A DNA stretch of 64,000 nucleotides, taken from assembly GCF_006345805.1 (NCBI RefSeq), contig NC_043014.1, positions 35,836,001-35,900,000 on the forward strand. Reading direction: 5' to 3'. The notes beneath the pieces were generated by a model, which did not search any database, was not told the origin of the DNA, and saw only the letters and a list, made by a program, of their open reading frames with translations. This DNA is from Octopus sinensis (Eukaryota). The translations under genes and the position numbers were made by a program. Shown here in pieces: positions 12,716-26,003 of this stretch (the first letter of the stretch is position 1; the number at the start of each line of letters is the position of its first letter).

Positions 12716-12932
12716 CGTAAGGGTCTATGAGTGTAGTGTTTCAATGTTTGCATGAAGGTATGTGTCAGTGTATGTTTCAAAGTGTTTTGAAATTTGAGTG
12801 AGCGAGTGATTGAGCTGTGTGTGTATGTATGTGTACACAAGTGTGCGCGTGAGTCTTGTACAGATGTTTGTGTGAATATATTGTTTAGTAGGATGCAAAA
12901 TATGTAAGAAAATATTTTGAATTATAATGATA

Positions 12933-13015
<83 letters not shown>

Positions 13016-13276
13016 AATCCTTTCTATTACAGATACAAGGCCTAAAATGTTGGGGGAGCGGGTAAATCGATAACATCAACCCCAATGTTCAACTGGTGCT
13101 TACTTTAACGAACATGGAAAAAAAATTCAACAATGTGTAAACCTCAATGGGGAGATTTTCAAGGGCTAATAAAAGCAACAATAATGATAAATAATAATAA
13201 TAATTACAGAGGCCAACAGATTCTAACTTTTTTCTGTTGACCTAAGTTTGATACCTATTTGGGGGTAAATTGGGGT

Positions 13277-13725
13277 CACTGTGTTTTAAAATAACAATAG
13301 TTTTTTTTTTCTAGGAACTGGCCCATATTGGCCCCATCCGTAGCCCCATGTTTGAAATTTTTGGATTCCCCTGACTCTTTTTGTTATATATGTGGGTATT
13401 TTGCAGTACCAAGTCAAAGAATGAGCGTTAATAACATAGCTTACTTTAAGATTAAAGTTGGTGGTTAGGATAAATCGTGGGCCAGCACAATGTATGTAAA
13501 CGCTATGTCGAAAATCTACGCCAATGGACAAAGGGCACAAGGAAACAACAAATATTTGGCATTCCTATGGTATTAAGGGAGCCAAAGATTCATGTAGACG
13601 ATTGCTACTTTTGTCTCAAAAAGGTTTCTGGTTATAGCAAGAGAACGTGACGGAAAATAAGTTACCCAAAATCTGGATTCAACAATTTATTCAGTGCTTC
13701 ACTCAGATGAAATCCAAATGTGAAT
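13277..13725 (+). mobile_element. Chapaev3-like (CMC) transposon 5' fragment with degenerate transposase N-terminus
   Basis: Starts CACTGTG. Pieces translate to FCYICGY...DKSWAQHNVCK...LRQWTKG...FGIPMVLREPKIHVDDCYFC. The family name is from recalled motifs and was not searched. Confidence 0.55.
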
Positions 13726-13729
13726 TATC

Positions 13730-13975
13730 CAAATCCCAAAGAATTCCTCGCTACACATGGCTACGATGCTCCCCGACTACTTCTGCTCGTGATCAGAGAT
13801 GCACATATCGTCAGCCACTAAGGGGCATGGTCAGCTGGTTTAGGTCAAGCAACTGACAAGCAAATCTGTGGTATTGAGCAGAATATTTGCTGTAGCCCAT
13901 CTTTTATACCAAGGCAATGTACAAGATAACATTTCCTATCAGTTAAGATCAGAAGCCATGAGAGCTACTGCCTGG
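13730..13975 (-). mobile_element. Non-coding module associated with the Dong/R4-like LINE (putative 5' UTR), partial
   Basis: Near-identical to 14650-14813 and abuts (TAA)n. Confidence 0.5.
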
Positions 13976-13984
13976 TACAGCTAT

Positions 13985-14335
13985 TATTATTATTGTAATT
14001 ATTGTTGTTGTTGTTGTTATTCTATGTTTGACTTTTGCTTTATATTTGTACAAGTTGGCTCCAAGTCTCACCCAGAGACCTGAAGAGACAACAGGTTGGA
14101 AGTTTATGTTGTTGTTATGCCTAGTGTGCCATATATTTTTTTTTTGTGTTGTACTAGTGAATGTCTAAAAAAATTAAATTAAAAAAAAAAACCAAAATTA
14201 TGTTTGTCTTAAACCTTGAGATTACATAGAAAGTATTTTGCGTAGGATATGAGCAGTTCCCATGAGCACAATCTTTTTAATTTCTGCCATTTTTGTGTTT
14301 CCTGGTATCTGAGTTAGGTAGCATATTATTATCAT
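13985..14335 (-). mobile_element. R4/Dong-like LINE 3' end (RLE C-terminus and 3' UTR)
   Basis: Translates CYLTQIPGNTKMAEIKKIVLMGTAHILRKILSM*, typical of the R4-clade ORF end. Both flanks are (TAA)n-type repeats. Confidence 0.75.
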
Positions 14336-14360
14336 TATTATCATTATTATTATTATTATT

Positions 14361-14813
14361 GAGTGAGAGAGCTGTTCATGCCATCCAAGTGACACTGGGG
14401 TAAAATATACGAAGCCCAATATACCCATCATGACTACCCGTCTGATAAAGGTACACCAGGCACATGCATCACAACCATATGTGCGCGACATGGTGATCTC
14501 ATATCAAGATAAACAGCACATGACCTTGCAGGTGGGGCCCAGTTAGAATTTTCTTCAGGTTGAGTAGCCATCCCGCTCAAACGGTCCCTGAATAAGGGTT
14601 GTTTAAGGATGTTGAAAGAACCACCCATGTTTCCAGAGGTGAACTATTCAAACCCCAAAGAATCCCTCTCAACACATGGCTATGATGCTCCCCCACTACT
14701 TCTGCTCGTGATCAGAGATGCACATATCGTCAGCCACTAAGGGACATGCTCAACTGGTTAAGGTCAAACAACTGACAAGCAAATCTGTGGTATTGAGCAG
14801 AATATTTGCTGTA
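14361..14813 (-). mobile_element. Non-coding module in (TAA)n, putative Dong 5' UTR or non-autonomous derivative
   Basis: Bounded on both sides by (TTA)n, repeated at 13730 and in the same orientation as the Dong 3' ends. Confidence 0.5.
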
Positions 14814-14857
14814 TTATTATTATTATTATTATCATCATTATTATTATTATTATTATT

Positions 14858-14971
<114 letters not shown>

Positions 14972-14974
14972 GTT

Positions 14975-15092
14975 TTAAACCTTGAGATTACATAGAAAGT
15001 ATTTTGCGTTGGATATGAGCAGTTCCCATGAGCACAATCTTTTTAATTTCTGCCATTTTTGTGTTTCCTGGTATTTGAGTTAGGTAGCATAT
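14975..15092 (-). mobile_element. Second R4/Dong-like 3' ORF fragment
   Basis: Near-identical to 14212-14330 and embedded in (TTA)n/(TCA)n. Confidence 0.75.
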
Positions 15093-15118
15093 TATTGTCA
15101 TTATTATCATCATTATTA

Positions 15119-15163
<45 letters not shown>

Positions 15164-15262
15164 CATCGTCGTCGTCGTCGTCGTCGTCGTCATCATCATC
15201 ATCATCATCATCTCATCATCATCATCATCATCATCACATCATCATCATCATCATCATCATCA

Positions 15263-15318
<56 letters not shown>

Positions 15319-15451
15319 TAGGAAATAAACTGTGTAAATGGAAGCTGTTGTAGCTTCGTGCCAGCGTTACACAAAGAAGAAGAGATTGTGAAATTTACTC
15401 TAGTTGGATAACAACAAAAACACTGTCGAGAAACTTACTGTGTCTGTTGTG

Positions 15452-15547
<96 letters not shown>

Positions 15548-15696
15548 ATATATATCTGTAAGTACGCGCGTGAGTGTTTATATTTTGCATTTATATTACT
15601 GTACATATATATATATACACACACTTATATACACATGCGTTAATTATACCTTCACACACACTTATATATATAAACGTATTTATATACATACATACA

Positions 15697-15727
<31 letters not shown>

Positions 15728-16374
15728 GTACATGTATGTATATACGTATGTATGAATGTATTTATATACATATTAACATGCTTACACACAATTATATACA
15801 TATATGTATGGTGACAAACAGACCTTTGCTCTGACTGTCGTTACAACATTTCTAACGTTACCACTAAGAACAGTAACCGTTTGTAATTAATTAAACCATA
15901 TACATGTAGGTGAATGCGTGTGTATGAATGTGTGTGTGTGTGCGTGCATGTATTTGTACGTACTTGTAATGTGCGTAATTCTTAAATGTCAACCGTTTCT
16001 CTTTGCCGATGTGACGTGGCTGAAGGACACATCACCAACACACAATCACTAGCATTTGTTCATGTCAGCACCTCTTCTTTTCTGGAATAATCTCTTAAAA
16101 TTGATTAAATTTATGTCATTATTATTGCTGTTATTGATAGTGAGCGTCATGGTGGTGTTTAAAATCTCCACTCCTACCCCTCTCCACTCAATCCACAGAT
16201 CAACCATAATTGTGCAAACTTATGATCAGATGGAATTCAATCTATGATCATCCCATCTTTTTCCCATGAGCAATGACTCAGATCTACATCATCCAATGTC
16301 TTCCCGTTTCCATAACAACAGGACATAATCTAAATGAGATTGGACAGTTCTTTGTATCAGTTCCGGCAAGTGAA

Positions 16375-16918
16375 GGTGCGTGGCTTAATGATTGGTTAGG
16401 GCAGTGGTTTTCAACCAGGGTTCCGCGGAACCTTAGGGTTCCGCCAGTACAGTGCAGGGGTTCCGCAAGAAGTTACAAAACTGCTAAAATCGGCAGTAAT
16501 TTTTAAGTCTCCTGTGCAGATATGTGTGCATAAGACTATTAAATTATTGCACAGGGGTTCCTCGAGCCAGTGGAATGTTTCCTTGGGGTTCCGCTCCAGC
16601 AAAAAGTTTGAAAAGCACTGGGTTAGGGTATTCGGCTCACGATCATAAGGTTGTGAGTTCGATTCCCGGTGATGCGCTGTGTCTCTTGAGCAAGACACTT
16701 TATTTCACGGTGCTCAGGTCCACTCAGCTGGCAAAAATAAGTTGTACTTGTAATTGAAAGGGTCGACTTTGTCTTACTCTGTGTCTCCCTGAGAACTGCG
16801 TTAAAGGTACGTGTGTCTATGGAGTACTCAGCCACTTACACGTTAATTTCACGAGCAGGCTGTTCCGTTGATCAGATCAACTGGAACATCTGTCGTCGTA
16901 ACCGACGGCCAGTAAATC
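16375..16918 (+). mobile_element. SINE family C interrupted by a hAT MITE
   Basis: The tRNA-like head is split at GGTTAGGG. B-box GAGTTCGATTCC after the MITE. Confidence 0.75.
16402..16620. mobile_element. hAT/Charlie-type MITE
   Basis: TIR CAGTG(G/C)TTTTCAA. Perfect 8-bp TSD GGTTAGGG. Confidence 0.92.
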
Positions 16919-17964
16919 AGTTCCTGCGAATATGCAGAGGCCTTGTTTGCTGGCTCGGTAAACTGGTGGTGGTCTGCACAGGCCAAAATAAGCGAGGCTC
17001 ATGAATTCAGATAAGTTTTTGTACTGTAGTGTAGAAGTAGGCTCTGACGCTTCTTTTTCTGTGGGAAAGAAAAAATAAAGCTAGAGAAACAAACCATCAA
17101 GTTATGCACTTGAAACAACAGAGATCAACATGTTTATGCACATTAACATCTGGAAGAGCGTTCGCTGTGGGATTTAGTGTTAGGGAGCAACTTGTCCTTA
17201 GCGGCTTTATATGTAAAAAAAAAACATACCACGTTTCTAATGACGTTTGTAAAATGTCAGACACTAATAGCTCCAGCTGACAAAAGTGGTGTAAATGAGG
17301 AAACAAAATTATGCCGATATATCGGTATCTGAAACTCTGCTGACATCTGTTTTCTTAGTTGTTGTTGCTTTAGTCATTTAACCCTACGTTGGTCCTATTA
17401 TCCCAGGTATTCCAGCCCTGATCATTCTGATGTCTTGAGAAATATGTATGGCATATTCCTTCTGTTTTTTTGTTTTATTTTCAAGATATTAAAGTGTGAT
17501 CTGACAAAATTTGGCTATTATTCCTAGCAAGTCGAGTGACCACATTGAGAGACCTTCTTTGGTTCAAGGTTTGTTAGCTGTTGTTGTTACTGTTTAGCAC
17601 TAGAAGTTCCGGACTTTTCACTTACCCTTAGGGACCATGATGCATCAATTTACGCAAAGGCGTTTTTCAATTTGAAAGGAAAAAGATGTAGAAAACCTTT
17701 ATTAAATGTATGAATCTATTGAATTTTATGCCTTTACAATGATATTAGTCACAATAGTTTGATATTTTGAAAGAAATTTATACTTACCAAATAAAAAACC
17801 TTCATCGCCTTGTTTTAGCACACATTTGCCGTACATTTTATTTTACGTATGCCATATATTTCTGTGGTTAAGTTTCGGCATTTTATTTTCATACATGTAC
17901 GTTTGATTTTATATCTAGACGTAGATGTTTCCTCAATAGGGTGTTTAATAGTACATGGACGACT

Positions 17965-18420
17965 GTGAGGTTAATCACCACAAAGTTCTTCAGCAACTTT
18001 TTTAATATATTCCTTTTGACTAATCACTGAGTTGCTAACATTTGTGTATATTACCCAGAAGTTTATAAAAGCAACACCTAAAATATTATATATATAAAAA
18101 ACGTATATTGACCATCGTCTACTGCTTGCTTTGACTGAATAAAGCCTTGTCATTTGGTCAAGCACGTCTACGCTTACATTATTTTTGTTATAAAAAAAAT
18201 ATGGTGTCAGGCTTCTTGTTGGGTTTATTTTCAGAAGGAACTGCTACATGTTGATGTTGTAAAGGAACTGTCTGGAACAGGTTGTGTCTTTTACACTGTT
18301 TGGGTGCAACACAATTTCCTTCTTTGTTTCCAAAAACTACCGGTGTCAGGAACAAGAAAGCAACCTTAAAAATCATGACACTTTATTTCGTTATTTACAT
18401 AAAGAAGGCACGTTGGTAAA
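17965..18420 (-). mobile_element. piggyBac transposase fragment (C-terminal catalytic region), pseudogenised
   Basis: KKPDTIF.YNK...VDVLDQMTRLYSVKASSRRWS..VFY motif with frameshifts. Confidence 0.8.
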
Positions 18421-19025
18421 TTGGTAACCACTTGGTGTAGGTACAGCAAGACTGAAGTTAAACACTTGTAAGATAAACCTCACAATAACTCCAGCAGTAA
18501 CAGAGCCGGTCAAATCCCAAGCGTCTGGGACAGGAGAATAGGCTAATAACACGTTGAAACACGTCTTCTCTCTTCAACGAACGCCATAGAATTCTCGTCT
18601 CCAGTTTTTTAGCGCATGTGCATTAGGGAACTTCCTTAGGCCTTTCCAGAAGGTTCCAGCCCCGCACACGCACACTGAAGAATGACGTCACTACAATGTA
18701 AAGCACTCAAAACAACAACAAACTTCAATTTTTTGTAATTGTACGATTTATGGATTTCAAAACCACACTTTAATGAACTGGTTTCGCCTGTTTTACTTCT
18801 GGTAATTCCCTTCTGTTCTGACGAATTGCTCCGACTAAAATGCAGTTTTGGTTTGCGAGCTGTAAAGGCTGTGCAATAATTGAAAATCTAAACTTGTTGC
18901 ATGTATTTACAAACAAAAGCAGGTGCAAGTTTCAAAACTTGCGTGCTACCTGTAAAATTTGCGTGCCTATAAAACTTACGTATTACCTATAAAGACTTGT
19001 ATACTATCTATAAACTTATTAACTA

Positions 19026-19407
19026 CTAGCAGTATCGCCCGGCGTTGCTCGGGTTTGTAAGGGAAATAACTATAAAGCATTTTTAGAGAGTTATAGCCAA
19101 AAAATAGAAAAAAATGGAAAAAAAATGATGGTAAATTTTTTTGAGAGTTAAAAAGGTCGAGTTGCGTCCCCTAGACAGTCTGTGGTTTGTGTTTCTGATT
19201 CTCGACCCCATGTCGAATTTATCGATTTTTTTCAGAACTGGGGGAACTTTTCAAAATTTTCGCTGCGTTAGTTTTGAATTATGACATTGGGCTATGTGTG
19301 TATCAAGTTTCATCAGAATCGGTTGAAAGCCGTGGTCAGGGTGAGGGTACAACCTAACAGACACACAGACACACACACAGACAAACTGCCGTTTATATAT
19401 AGAGAGA
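19026..19407 (-). mobile_element. Non-autonomous Helitron
   Basis: A|TC 5' end, CCCGAGCAACGCCGGG hairpin and CTAG|T 3' end. Near-identical to 49860-50237. Confidence 0.88.
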
Positions 19408-19899
19408 TAAAGACCACATACATCAATTCACGTATGTGGTCTTTATAGATAGTACGTATGTTATTTATTATTATTTTTTTACTGTTGGTGCAAACAATCT
19501 ATAATTTATCGCGTTTATAGATATCATAAAGCTATAAAACGTCAAACACCGTGATGTCAAAATTTACAATAGTTTTTGAATTACGGGCAATTAAGATCTC
19601 AAAATGCGTCAACTGACACACTGGGTCCTTCTAGTGTTAGCGCCCGATCAACCATAATTGAGCAGAACTATGACCAAAATTATTTTCCAGCCGTGACTAT
19701 CTTGTCTTTTTCCTATGTACGAGGAAATCAAGATCGACATCAAAAATCCTAATTTGGTTGTGGTGATTCTGGTTAGATCAGTTCTGATACAACAAGTATA
19801 TGATTCGATGACGTTCCAGAATTGTACTTATCTCGTATCGTATTTCACTCCATGCATCGTGTCCACGAGAATACAGTGTCTAATGTATTTTACCTTCTT

Positions 19900-19904
19900 T
19901 CCTG

Positions 19905-19935
<31 letters not shown>

Positions 19936-19945
19936 TGTGTTGTTG

Positions 19946-19981
<36 letters not shown>

Positions 19982-19994
19982 GTTGTTGTTGTGG

Positions 19995-20036
<42 letters not shown>

Positions 20037-20172
20037 GTTGTGTGTTGTTGTTGTTGTTGTTTGTTGTTGTGTTGTTGTTGTTGTTGTTGTTGTGTTGTTG
20101 TTGTTGTTGTGTTGTTGTGTTGTTGTTGTTGTGGTTGTTGTTGTTGTTGTTGTGTTTTGTTGTTGTTGTTGT
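19900..20172. repeat. Degenerate (TGT)n/(GCT)n trinucleotide array
   Basis: Direct inspection. Confidence 0.95.
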
Positions 20173-20290
20173 ATGGCCCAAGTCCATTTTGATGAAGCAG
20201 ACCTATGATCATAGATATTACAGCTCTAACAATCTTATGGTTCTTTTTTCCTCGGCTATATTGTATCTATAAGACTGGTGCATTCAATAT

Positions 20291-20519
20291 ATTTCTTTAC
20301 TACCCACAAGGGGCTAAACATAGAGGGGACAAACAAGGACAAACAAATGGATTAAGTCGATTCCATCGACCCCAGTGCGAAACTGGTACTTAATTTATCG
20401 ACCCCGAAAGTATGAAAGGCAAAGTCGACCTCGGCGGAATTTGAACTCAGAACGTAACGGCAGACAAAATACGGCTACGCATTTCGCCCGGCGTGCTATC
20501 GTTTCTGCCAGCTCGCCGC
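20291..20519 (-). mobile_element. SINE family B (tRNA head + Nin/Deu-like central domain)
   Basis: GCCTTTCATACTTTCGGGGTCGATAAATTAAGTACCAG segment on the minus strand. 16-bp TSD CTGGTGCATTCAATAT. Confidence 0.88.
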
Positions 20520-20699
20520 CTGGTGCATTCAATATGTCCTTCCTTTTAGGATGTATTCTATCCTGTCGAGTCTGGTATCTCTCTGTGACTAATGCAACTC
20601 TTCCACGTCAGATGTTTTGATCTTCCACAGCACTTTTTGTATCTTCAACCTAATATCCAGTGTCTTCCGCAAGTTGATCGATATATGCTTTTCTTGGTC

Positions 20700-20926
20700 A
20701 GACGTAGGAGTGGCCGTGTGGTAAGTAGCTTGCTTACCAGCCACATGGTTTCTGGTTCAGTCCCACTGCGTGGCACCTTGGGCAAGTGTCTTCTACTATA
20801 GCCTCGGGCCGACCAAAGCCTTGTCAGTAGATTTGGTAGACGGAAACTGAAAGAAGACCGTCGTATATATGCGTATATATATATATATACATACATACGA
20901 CGGGCTTCTTTCAGTTTCCGTCTACC

Positions 20927-20965
<39 letters not shown>

Positions 20966-21210
20966 TATATATATGTATGTATGTATGTATGTGTGTGTAT
21001 ATGTTTGTGTGTCTGTGTTTGTCCCCCCAACCTCGCTTGACAACTGATGCTGGTGTATTTACGTCCCCGTAACTTAGCAGTTCGGCAAAAGAAGACCGAT
21101 AGAATAAGTACTAGACTTACAAGGAATAAGTCCTGGGGTGGATTTGCTCGACTAAAGGCGGTGCTCCAGCATGGCCGCAGTCAAATGACTGAAACAAGTA
21201 AAAGAGTAAA
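20700..21210 (+). mobile_element. SINE family A with a short internal inverted fragment
   Basis: Head, (TA)n, a 32-nt reversed head fragment at ~20898-20930, then the 3' module and tail. Confidence 0.85.
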
Positions 21211-21599
21211 AAAGGCGATAGCTCTGTGTCTATGCGCAGGTTTCTAGAGAAGGAGATAGCTGGATATTTAATTTTTGTTTCTCCAACAGTGTCCTACATA
21301 GCTTTTTCTTCATTTATCACCAAGGTGACGGTAGGAAGTCTGCCATACAATCACTGCTTTATTGTGTGTGGGTTGCTGCCAAGAAAGATTGAGAACTACA
21401 CGAAGCATTCTCGAGTATTTATCATCAAGCTGATTTTTATGTCACTTGTTCAGTGACCATGCTGAAAAGCGATAGAAAAGTATTGGTTCAATGACTGCTT
21501 TGAAGAAACCCCCTTTCCATGTCGTTTTAGAATAGTAGAGTGTAAATGAGGGAGTTTTGGCTGCTTTTCTAGCATATTCATTCAAGTGACCATCTAGAG

Positions 21600-21818
21600 C
21601 AGTGGTTTTCAACCAGGGTTCCGCGAAACCTTAGGGTTCCGCTAGTACAGTGCAGTGGTTCCGCAAGAAGTTACAAAACTGCTAAAATCGGCAGTAATTT
21701 TTAAGTCTCCTGTGCAGATATGTGTGCATAAGACTATTAAATTATTGCACAGGGGTTCCTCGAGCCAGTGGAATGTTTCCTTGGGGTTCCGCTCCAGCAA
21801 AAAGTTTGAAAAGCACTG
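21600..21818. mobile_element. hAT/Charlie-type MITE
   Basis: Same TIRs. 8-bp TSD ATCTAGAG. Confidence 0.92.
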
Positions 21819-22380
21819 ATCTAGAGATTCATTCGGTTGGATCCAGTATCAGTGTTGAGCGTAATGACGGACTAGGGGTGATTGTAGTGTAGGATATTCA
21901 TTGTCTATATCACAGGGTTAATGATCAAAATTGTTAATGATCGTTGTTTATGGTCGTTATTGTTAATGGTCGTTGTTAACGTCCCACGCCAGCTGGAGAC
22001 AGAGGTATTCCAATCTGATTACACTAGACTTTATTCAAACGTAAGGCTACATTATCCAATATGTTTGCCCTTTTTTTTAAGACAATAGGATGTGATTTAA
22101 CGGGTTAGGCTGGGATTCGTTTTAGCAATTTAGACGACTGGTCAGAGGTCTCAACGTAAGATTGTAATGGTGGCGTTGGTGTAGTAGTAGTGGTAGTGGT
22201 TGTGATTAAGGTGATATAGAAGTAGATGATGATGCTGATGACGATGATGATGATGATGATGACGGTAAATGTAATTAAGAATACGGTGTATTATTAATAA
22301 ATGACTGGAGTTTTGGTCCACTGAAGCATGTTTTCATCAAGGTCACATACAAAAATCAAAAGCAAAAATAAATAAATGAA

Positions 22381-22411
<31 letters not shown>

Positions 22412-22786
22412 AATAAATATATAAACGGGCGTAGCAATGGATGAGTGGTAAGACGTTTACTTCACAACCATGTGGCTCTGAGCTCAGGCCCACTGCGTGG
22501 CACATTGAGCAAGTGTCTTCTATTATAGCCCCGGACTGACCAAAGCCTTGGAAAGTGAAGAAGTCCTTCGGATATACATATATATATATATATAGGCGCA
22601 GGAGGGACTGTGTGGTAAGTAGCTTGCTTACCAACCGCGTAGTTCCGGGTTCAATCCCACTACATCACACCTTGAGTTGATGTCTTAATGTCTTCTACTA
22701 TAGCCTCGAGCTGGCTAAAGCTTTGCGAGTGGATTTGGTAGAAGAAACTATAAAAAGCACGTCGTATATATATATACTATATATAT

Positions 22787-22914
<128 letters not shown>

Positions 22915-23302
22915 TATATATATGTGTGTATATATATGTATATGCATATGGATATATATGTATATGAATGCATGTGTATGTATGGTATGTGTATGTGTGT
23001 TTGTGTGTGTCTGCATGCGTCTGTGTGTGTGAGTGCTCTTATGTTTATGTTTGCCTCCACAGCACCGCTCGACAACCGATGCTGGTTTGTTTACGTCTCT
23101 GTCAGTTCAGCAAAACAGACCAATAAAATAAGCACTATCCTTAAAAATTAGGATCAGGGTCGATTTGTTCGGCTAATCCCTTCGAGGCGGTGTCCCAGCA
23201 TACCCACAATCCAATGTCTGAAACAATTAACACACACACACACACACACACATGCACACACACACACATACACACACACATGCACATCCATACACACACA
23301 CA

Positions 23303-23333
<31 letters not shown>

Positions 23334-23619
23334 GCACACACACATGCACACACACACACGCGTGTGTATGTGTGAGTGTGTGTGTTTATGTGTATGGTTT
23401 TATGCTTGTCTTTAGTGTTGCTGTGTTTACGTCTCTGTAACTTAGCGGTTCGGCCAAAAGAGTCTGATCGTATAAGTGGCAAGCTTTAGGAAAACAAGTA
23501 CAGGGTCAGTTTGTGAAAATGATGGCTATTGCTTTTACTATTCTGTTGTGGCAAGAGTTATTTACTCCCCCTGTGGGATTTGATGAATGGACTAGCCGAA
23601 CTCTTATAATCATATTGGT

Positions 23620-23940
23620 TGAGACGTGCATGTGGCTGAGCACTCCACAGACACATGTACTTTTAACGTAGTTCTCAGCGAGATTCAGCGTGATACAGAG
23701 TGTGACGTCTGAACCTTTAAAATACAGTTACTACTCATTTTTTCCAGGTGAGTGAAATAGAACAACATGAAACAAAGTCAACGGCCATCCAATAAATGTC
23801 TTAAGGCTGTATCATGCGCGGGGACATAGAAATAATCGGACTGAATACCCGATGGCTCAAGGACATGACATGTCCCCAGGAATTGAACTGACGACCTTTC
23901 GATCGTGAGCTGAACACCCTAACCACTAAGCCACGCACCT
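23620..23940 (-). mobile_element. SINE family C carrying a ~75-nt insert from the 33.9-kb element
   Basis: Homology to 16375-16918. The insert at ~23779-23853 matches the reverse complement of ~33857-33932. Confidence 0.7.
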
Positions 23941-24139
23941 TCACATAATGGCAGCTAAACATTGTAAAAGATTGATAGGAAAATGTCGTAGGAGTCGTTG
24001 AGAGATCGTTTAACTCGTAGAAGTCGTTGAGCTTGTTGAGAGATGTATTCATTGGAGTATCGTGTTAGTGGAATAATTTGAAGTACGTCGTGTGAAGACA
24101 GTTGTATTAATCCCCGTTTCGTGAAATCTGTATATCCAA

Positions 24140-24653
24140 CTAGCAGTATCGCCCGGCGTTGCTCGGGTTTGTAAGGGAAATAACTATATAAGCATTTTTA
24201 GAGAGTTACTTCCCTTATAGATGCCAATTCGGGCTTTCTTAGCCATTTCTGTTTTGGTGTCTTCAAGCCACGAAGTCGTTGTTCTAAAAGAACGCTGGCC
24301 TCCTTGACAACGCTTTACGACGTTGATTTCCTTACACTCCCTTCCCCACAGCTCACGACGAGGGAGAGGGAATAAGGGGAGAAGCAAACAGGTGCAGGTG
24401 TGACCGTGGACGCCACTCGCCGCCATCGACACACGAAAAATTATGCATTAAAATGGAATAAAAAATGATGTTAAACTATTTTTAAAATCGTAGACTCATC
24501 GTAGACGCGCGCTAATAGCCAGACGGGCTCGATATGAATCACGACTATAAGATACCCGAATTTGGTTAAACTGCACCGCAAAATGTGGGAGTAGTTAGGA
24601 ATCTAAATCGAAGGGGACAGACACTCACACAACTACAGTTTTATATATATAGA
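24140..24653 (-). mobile_element. Non-autonomous Helitron, subfamily with a different interior
   Basis: Same 3' ~60 nt as the 19026 copy, A|TC start and an unrelated middle. Confidence 0.85.
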
Positions 24654-24879
24654 TGTATAGGAGGATGCAAAATATTCCTTTCTACACAAAGTGTGCCTTT
24701 CTAATCTCAGTGACTTATGAAAGTGTTGCTGTTTGTTCACTCAAAAACAACAAAAAGTAGCAAAAGCACAAACTAACAGAGTTGTATTTGTAGAACTCCT
24801 TTAAAAATAACCATCCATCTAAATTAATATATACACACATATAAATATATAAACATATGCATGTATGCACGTTTGCATA

Positions 24880-24942
<63 letters not shown>

Positions 24943-25077
24943 TATATATATTATATATATATATATATGTATTTATGTATGTATGTATGTATGTATGTGT
25001 GTATGTATGTATGTATGTATGTATGTATGTATGTATGCATGTATGTATGTGTATGTGTATATATATATATAATATAT

Positions 25078-25117
<40 letters not shown>

Positions 25118-25159
25118 TATATATATTATATATATATATATATAATATATATATATATA

Positions 25160-25195
<36 letters not shown>

Positions 25196-25196
<1 letters not shown>

Positions 25197-25395
25197 AAAA
25201 CTTACTGGAGAATAAGAAAACGACGCGTGGCGTTCAATCATATAATAACAATTTAATAAATAAAACATATGCATACATACATATATGTACATACCTACAT
25301 CTATATGTATATATACATGCATATATGAGTACAGGACACCACAAATAAACGTAGAACACAACGAGAAACGAAAACATAAAATCAAACAAATGATG
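25196..25395 (-). mobile_element. PLE-like terminal-repeat fragment (42-kb family)
   Basis: Homologous to 41905-42218 and 53010-53800. Ends in (TA)n. Confidence 0.55.
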
Positions 25396-25552
25396 GACCA
25401 CATCATTGAAGTCCAAATTATCACGGGACACAGCAAAAACAATACCGTTTTTATTCCGAAAATTCCGCTCACCCCAATAGACTGCTCCTACTGTATACAG
25501 AGACTTCAGTTCCCTCTCAAACACAGCTTCGTCATGACAATTAGCAGAAGCT
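25395..25552 (+). mobile_element. Helitron PIF1-type helicase fragment
   Basis: HIIEVQIITGHSKNNTVFIPKIPLTP...RLQFPLKHSFVMTISRS matches the V.IPRI..P...QFP....AMTINKSQ motif. Confidence 0.75.
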
Positions 25553-26003
25553 CAATCTATATATATATGTATATATATATATACGACGGGCTTCTTTCAG
25601 TTTCCGTCTATCAAATCCACTCACGAGGCTTTGGTTGGCTCGCGGCTATAGAAGAGACTTGCTCAAGGTACCACACAGTTGGAACCATGTAGCTGGTAAA
25701 CACGCTACTTACATGCAGGCATTCCTATGTGAATGTGTGAGCGTGCGTGTGCGTGTGTGTGTGTTTGTGAATGTGTGTGTGTATATACACTAGGATTTAC
25801 ATACATCCGTATTTTCTAGGATGTATTAGATTAAGGACATTTGTGGGGAAATACGAGCGTGTGAAAACATGCTCTCCAAAAGTCCGGAATTACAGCTTGA
25901 AAAATTATATGTATATACGTATGTATACTTTGTATTTCGAATTGAGAAAGTGAAAATTTGTTTCATTGAAAAACTGAAACTTTTAAAGCTTATTATCTAC
26001 TTA

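Noticed and set aside
14650-14790. HDV-like ribozyme in the Dong-associated module
   Set aside because: A P1-like helix (GTCAGTT/GGCTGAC) and a CCC loop exist in both copies, but P2, P1.1 and J4/2 could not be assembled.
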